Shown piece after piece: positions 7,558 to 12,020 of a DNA stretch of 12,020 bases (positions are counted from its first letter, which is position 1; each line of letters opens with the position of its first letter). The position numbers and the translations under genes were made by a program. Below the pieces are notes generated by a model, which saw only the letters and a list, made by a program, of their open reading frames with translations, was not told the origin of the DNA and ran no database searches. The DNA lies in the NCBI GenBank assembly GCA_030587475.2, contig JAUQYZ020000170.1, positions 1 to 12,020 on the forward strand, written 5' to 3'. The stretch comes from Candidatus Sigynarchaeum calidifontis. GTDB taxonomy: Archaea; Asgardarchaeota; Lokiarchaeia; Sigyniarchaeales; Sigyniarchaeaceae.

Positions 7558-10500
7558 GATGTAGTTCGATCCCTTCCGGACGAGAATTTCGTCATCCACG
7601 AGGTCCTGGAGGATCCGGTAGAGCTTGCTGCTCTTCTTTTGCGAGATGATGTTGAGGTCGTTCTTGATCTTGAGGTAATGCAGCTCCCGGACTCCCTCCT
7701 TGCGCTGGCGCTCGATGTACTCCTTTAAAACCGTCCGGTTGACGACCGTGCCCGTGTCCGTGGCCTTCTGGGAATAGCCCGACTTGTCTTTAGGCTGCGT
7801 TACCGAGGAGGGCGCGGCCTTCGATGCCTTCGGGGGCGGGGCCATGGTAGCAGAGCTGCTCGCAGAGCTCGTCGTGGCTCGCTTCACCGCGGCGCTCTTC
7901 TTGATGGGCGCGGGAGCGGGTTGTATCACGCCGGTCGCCTCGATGTTCTTGACCTCCTCTTGTCGAGCCTTCCGCTTCTCTTCCGCCGATTCTTCGATAT
8001 CGCGTCTCGTGGGTTTTTTTGCGAGCACTTGTCGTCGTAACCTTGCATACTGTTCCGTCTGGGCTTTCTTTCTCCGTGATTGGATGAAAATCACGATGGC
8101 GACCGCTGCCGCCCCTCCAATCGAGACGCCGAGAATCAAGGGCAAGTTGATGACCGAGATGCTGATCACTCCCTCGGCCGGGTAGACGACCTGGTTATAA
8201 CCATCGCTGACGACGATGGACAAGTGGTACTCGCCCCATTCTAGCGAGATCCTAGCCAAGTACGTGTCGGGCTCGCCAGAGACGGGCTCGAGCTGGACTT
8301 GTTCCAGGCCGTTCACGATAACGTATTTCGAGACGAGGCTGAATCCGGGTTCCTGGCTCGTGATCCGCACTTTAACATCGACCGACCCCGGTATCAGCAA
8401 GCTGGAAGGGGGAAGGCTGATGATGTCGATCACGGGGAGCCACTTGACAGTGATGGTTCCATTGTATGGAAGTTTTTGCTCTTTATCCCGGAAACGGTCC
8501 TTTACATAGAATGAATACGTGTACACGCCGTGTTGGAGAATGATGCTCCATTTAAAAGTCACCATTTTTGAGTAATCGGACGACGCTGGCTCGAACGTGT
8601 AATTAAAGCCGTTCCACGTGATGCGGAAGTATTCGGGCGCAATTCCCTCGTCGTCCTTGTACGTGAAGGAGATTTCAAGGGTTTGTCCAACCCCGCCGTA
8701 TAAGCGGGGCGTCACCAGCGGGGTGATGGTGGGTGGATTGTTCACGATGACGTGATGCGTCGCCGGGGTGAAGTGCGTGCCATGTATGTCAACGAGGTGG
8801 ATCGTGATGCTGTAGTTGCCTGAAGGAAGGGTGCGCGCGAGGCTAAAACTCGCCCCGGATAGATAATCCACGAATCCACTTGCTTGAAACGCAAGATCGT
8901 TGATCGAAGATTGGAGCGTGCCCCCGTGAAAGTCTTTGCCCTCGATAAATGCATAAGCCCGAACCACGGGCGTGTTCGCTGGGGAGGAATAGGCGGCGGT
9001 AAACACGATATTTTGGCTCGTGGTGAAGAGGCTACCACTAACGGTACTGGAAATGCTCGCGGGGTTGGCTCCCGGCGGGATGAACATGAACGAGACGTTT
9101 GTTATCGGGACTTGAACCTGGGAGAGTGGAAACATCGTGTAATGCTTCCCGTCCCCAAGATTGATGCCACCAGCAATGCCCCCGTTCAGATTAAGAAAGC
9201 TGATGATAATTCTACCATTATTAAGCAAGATTATTCGATAATAATTGAACGTACCGCCTGAAACATAATTCCACACGTCAAGTATTACTTTATCGGGAAA
9301 TAATTGGTAATAACCATCATCGGAACCAATCACGTTTGTAAAAAGATTTATCGACAAGATTGAGGATGGTGCAGTCGAACCTGGAGCTGGTAATGTCGAT
9401 TCATAATTTTTCGTGAACCTGATGAAACCACGCGGAGAGAACACGATGCTCGAGAATGGTAATCCGTAAAAAGTGAAGTTGAATGGAAGATCGATGCTGG
9501 TAATCGTTGTTATTTTATTGGTATATGAAAAACCATAATTTTCAAAGCGAAGCAGCTTGCTTGCGGAATAATTGAATGGTTGGATTAAATTCGGCCCATT
9601 TATCCATTGCGTCGAACTCGTGAATGTCGAGTCATTTGCGAAGACGTAAAATTGCCAACCGGGCGTATTCAAAAATGTCGTGTTCGTGTACCTTAGATCG
9701 AGCTTGAATTCACAGCCGATATAGCAATTGACTCCTGCACCCGATACTTTGATGGGGTATAAGTTTTGTACCGATCCAGACACGTTGAATATGACCACCA
9801 GGTTCGCCGGTCCATCGTTATCAAGATCTCGGTATGTAAACCGGATGGTCACGTTCGTGAAGTTGATCCAGCCTTGCGTCGGGTCGATCGTGAGGTTCTC
9901 GATCGTCGGCGCGTGCGTGTTTTCGTAAGTGACAAGTGGAATGGTGTTTATTGGTGAATGCCACCACCCGCCAGGGCCGAGCACGTGGAACCGGTGTGAA
10001 TGCGTTCCCGGCTGGAGAAATTGGATCGAGTATGTGTAGACCTTCCCGTCCATGAGGTTTAAATCGAGGGGATCTGCACCAGCCATGGTGCGGTTAGTGC
10101 CGTCGAGCTCCACGAGGATCGCATATGGGCCCTTGTTCTCGATATCTTGTAGAGTGAGCGTGAAGTTGAAGATGGTCACTTGGGTGCCAGATGCCGGTGT
10201 TATGGTGTAATTCAATATACGCGGGCTGGTAGTGAATCCATAGTTGAAAACGAACGAACGATTCGCAATACTGGACGAATGACTAAAAGCGGTGAAATGG
10301 ATGCCGTCGCCGAAGTTCACGCCCATCGATTCGCTCATGGCGAAGTCAACGGTCACGTGGTGGAAGTTGAGTAGAAGAGTCCCGTTCCGGTAGATGACGT
10401 ATTGATAGGACGCATCGTAAGTCTTTGTATAAAAATAATAGTAGTCGTGAAGTACAAGTTGTTGCTCGATGAGAACGTAATCGGGAGTGATGAGCACGTT

Positions 10501-11289
10501 CAGGTCTGATGAGCCAGTCGGGGTTATGTTCCACGTGCTGTTCGGGCAAGCGGTTATCGTGTATTGGGCACGCGCCCCCTTGCCGGGAAGGTTGATCGGT
10601 TGTTCATTCGTGGAACTCCACGGGAGCACATTAAATCGCAAGAAACCGAAGTGCGACACTTGCACGATATTGAAGGTTTTGCCGTAGAACGTGAATTCAA
10701 AGCCGAGCGGGATGTCATACATCAAACGACCCGCTTGGCCTGTTGGTTCGGTCGCCGCACTCGAATTTAGCCATCTGAATGGCACCTCTACCCTCGTATA
10801 ATTCCGCAGAGCTGCGAGACTCGGTCCCGGGAGCGAGCCAACTGCCGGATACCTCGTAGTGCTCGTGCCGTTCGACGCGACGAAGTAATGCGAGTAGTTT
10901 CCGATGGTCGGGAGCGTGATGACGGCCTGGTATCGCACGCCGGCCACGTAATTCGGCTCTACGTACGGCACCTTCGACATGATGTGGATGGTTGTCCAGT
11001 TCTCGTGGACGACTGTGAGGTTAATATAAGCAGGCGTTGCATTCGAGCTGCTTTGATAGGTGATCGAAAAGTTGAAGGGTGTGAGATTCGCGTAGCCGAA
11101 CGAAGCGTTGAGTCCAGGTGCTGAAAGGACGGGATCGTCGGCCGATTCTTCCAAGTGATCGGCCCCGTCGAAAGCAGGCCTGCTTGCGATGTTCGGTCGT
11201 GTGTTATTGAGCACGCAAAACAAGATCGGGATGCAGACCAGGCACGCGATGGTACAATACCAGCGAGTTGGACGTGGCGTGGATCTCAT
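7546..11289 (-). CDS. Large type I single-pass membrane glycoprotein with Ig-like repeats, two NIDO-like modules and a cytosolic C-terminal winged-helix-like domain
   Basis: 1247-aa uninterrupted ORF. Basic then hydrophobic N-terminus. About 30 N-x-S/T sequons by manual count before the TM helix. TM helix at aa 1049-1069 followed by QSRRKK. Low-complexity linker, then a compact 66-aa C-terminal domain. Confidence 0.85.
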   Translation of the reverse strand: MRSTPRPTRWYCTIACLVCIPILFCVLNNTRPNIASRPAFDGADHLEESADDPVLSAPGLNASFGYANLTPFNFSITYQSSSNATPAYINLTVVHENWTTIHIMSKVPYVEPNYVAGVRYQAVITLPTIGNYSHYFVASNGTSTTRYPAVGSLPGPSLAALRNYTRVEVPFRWLNSSAATEPTGQAGRLMYDIPLGFEFTFYGKTFNIVQVSHFGFLRFNVLPWSSTNEQPINLPGKGARAQYTITACPNSTWNITPTGSSDLNVLITPDYVLIEQQLVLHDYYYFYTKTYDASYQYVIYRNGTLLLNFHHVTVDFAMSESMGVNFGDGIHFTAFSHSSSIANRSFVFNYGFTTSPRILNYTITPASGTQVTIFNFTLTLQDIENKGPYAILVELDGTNRTMAGADPLDLNLMDGKVYTYSIQFLQPGTHSHRFHVLGPGGWWHSPINTIPLVTYENTHAPTIENLTIDPTQGWINFTNVTIRFTYRDLDNDGPANLVVIFNVSGSVQNLYPIKVSGAGVNCYIGCEFKLDLRYTNTTFLNTPGWQFYVFANDSTFTSSTQWINGPNLIQPFNYSASKLLRFENYGFSYTNKITTITSIDLPFNFTFYGLPFSSIVFSPRGFIRFTKNYESTLPAPGSTAPSSILSINLFTNVIGSDDGYYQLFPDKVILDVWNYVSGGTFNYYRIILLNNGRIIISFLNLNGGIAGGINLGDGKHYTMFPLSQVQVPITNVSFMFIPPGANPASISSTVSGSLFTTSQNIVFTAAYSSPANTPVVRAYAFIEGKDFHGGTLQSSINDLAFQASGFVDYLSGASFSLARTLPSGNYSITIHLVDIHGTHFTPATHHVIVNNPPTITPLVTPRLYGGVGQTLEISFTYKDDEGIAPEYFRITWNGFNYTFEPASSDYSKMVTFKWSIILQHGVYTYSFYVKDRFRDKEQKLPYNGTITVKWLPVIDIISLPPSSLLIPGSVDVKVRITSQEPGFSLVSKYVIVNGLEQVQLEPVSGEPDTYLARISLEWGEYHLSIVVSDGYNQVVYPAEGVISISVINLPLILGVSIGGAAAVAIVIFIQSRRKKAQTEQYARLRRQVLAKKPTRRDIEESAEEKRKARQEEVKNIEATGVIQPAPAPIKKSAAVKRATTSSASSSATMAPPPKASKAAPSSVTQPKDKSGYSQKATDTGTVVNRTVLKEYIERQRKEGVRELHYLKIKNDLNIISQKKSSKLYRILQDLVDDEILVRKGSNYIIVG

Positions 11290-11296
11290 CAGCTCT

Positions 11297-11340
11297 GAAA
11301 AAAGTATTAATCGATATATATTATCTTAATGTATAAGTAA
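11297..11340. promoter_or_regulatory. AT-rich divergent promoter region with several TATA-like elements
   Basis: GAAAAAAGTATTAA, ATATATATTA and GTATAAGT lie in the 90-bp gap between head-to-head genes. ATATATA (11314-11320) is about 25-30 nt from ATG 11289. Confidence 0.6.
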
Positions 11341-11379
11341 AGGCGTGTACCATTATCGCACGTCGATGGGTGTTGAACC

Positions 11380-11985
11380 GTGACCGAGTCGCAAAAGATG
11401 GTGGAATTCTACAAGATCAAGTGCGTGGTCGTCGGTGCGAACTTCGTCGGGAAGACCTCTCTCATACGCCGTTACGTGACGCGTAAATTTACCAGCGATT
11501 ACCAGGCCACCATCGGGATGGATATCACGGTCAAGGAAGTTGACCTCACGTTCGGCTTGATCACCCACCATGTCACCATATCGCTGCACGACCTTGCGGG
11601 CCAGTATCGTTTCGAATCCCTTCATAAGAATTTTCTCAAGGGAGCGGACGCGGCGATCATCGTCGTTGCGCAAGATGACCCAGACAGTCTCTACGGTAAA
11701 AAAGACGTGCATAGTGACAAGGCCATCAGCATCGCGGATTGGGTCGCTCGAATCGACGAAGCGAACCAGCCCAAGTACGTACCGAAGATATTGGTAATTA
11801 ACAAGAGTGATTTACCGACAAATCTCCTCAAGGACGAGGAGATCAAGGTCGTATGTGAAAAGCACAAGATCCTGGGGGCATACCGAACCTCCGCGAAGAC
11901 CGGCGAGAATGTCAGCAAGGTATTCCAAACCGTGGCTGGAATCCCACTCGTGCGCGAGAATATCGAAGTATTACCAACGGTTTAA
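11380..11985 (+). CDS. Ras-superfamily (Rab-like) small GTPase
   Basis: G1 GANFVGKTS, G2 YQATIG, G3 DLAGQ, G4 NKSD, G5 TSAK. Rab-like IGMDI, RFESL and FLKGA. GTG start with GGGTG 7 nt upstream; an alternative ATG is at 11398. Confidence 0.95.
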   Translation: MTESQKMVEFYKIKCVVVGANFVGKTSLIRRYVTRKFTSDYQATIGMDITVKEVDLTFGLITHHVTISLHDLAGQYRFESLHKNFLKGADAAIIVVAQDDPDSLYGKKDVHSDKAISIADWVARIDEANQPKYVPKILVINKSDLPTNLLKDEEIKVVCEKHKILGAYRTSAKTGENVSKVFQTVAGIPLVRENIEVLPTV

Positions 11986-11997
11986 GGCTGTTACACG

Positions 11998-12010
11998 TTA
12001 ATTTTTTAAT
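11998..12010 (+). terminator. Possible oligo-T terminator after the GTPase gene
   Basis: T6 at 12002-12007, about 16 nt after the stop. Close to the window edge. Confidence 0.4.
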
Positions 12011-12020
12011 CAGTGCTTGT

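Noticed and set aside
9080-10800. Possible diversity-generating retroelement template/variable repeat pair between the two NIDO-like modules
   Set aside because: The similarity is at protein level only. I see no near-identical DNA repeat with adenine-specific mismatches and no reverse transcriptase in the window.
7784-11124. Many short ORFs within the 1247-aa gene, mostly antisense
   Set aside because: Shadow frames expected at this GC content; none has its own motifs or signals.
11350-11370. Weak hairpin upstream of the GTPase start
   Set aside because: Short, bulged stem consistent with chance.
1-12020. Selenocysteine or pyrrolysine read-through and frameshifted genes
   Set aside because: Every recognised protein appears to end at its expected C-terminus. 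I saw no split domains and no convincing SECIS-like element.
1-12020. CRISPR array, tRNA, rRNA, transposase or integrase
   Set aside because: Intergenic gaps are all about 200 bp or less with no spaced repeats or cloverleaf motifs, and no ORF has mobile-element motifs.

Overview
Gene-dense archaeal chromosomal window, most likely from an Asgard archaeon. This is inferred from archaeal-type uS13/uS4/uS11, DUF2110, a PAC2-family chaperone, a Rab/Ras-like small GTPase lacking a prenylation motif, a TPR protein and a large sequon-rich surface protein. Left to right: 3' end of a probable SPOUT methyltransferase, DUF2110 (-), rps13-rps4-rps11 (+, not followed by the usual RNA polymerase subunit D gene), TPR protein, DHH phosphoesterase and alanine aminotransferase (all -), CinA/PncC and PAC2 (+), a 1247-aa single-pass membrane protein (-), and a divergently transcribed Rab-like GTPase (+). 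The best candidate for an undescribed system is the 1247-aa protein. It has a signal peptide, about six Ig-like repeats with two NIDO-like modules, one Gly/Ala-rich TM helix, a disordered linker and a C-terminal winged-helix-like domain. It sits head-to-head with the GTPase across 90 bp. Its second NIDO-like module is an AT-rich island, and its 3' end meets the PAC2 gene in two back-to-back perfect hairpins. No rRNA, tRNA, CRISPR array or mobile element was recognised. All domain calls are by-eye motif recognition, not database searches.
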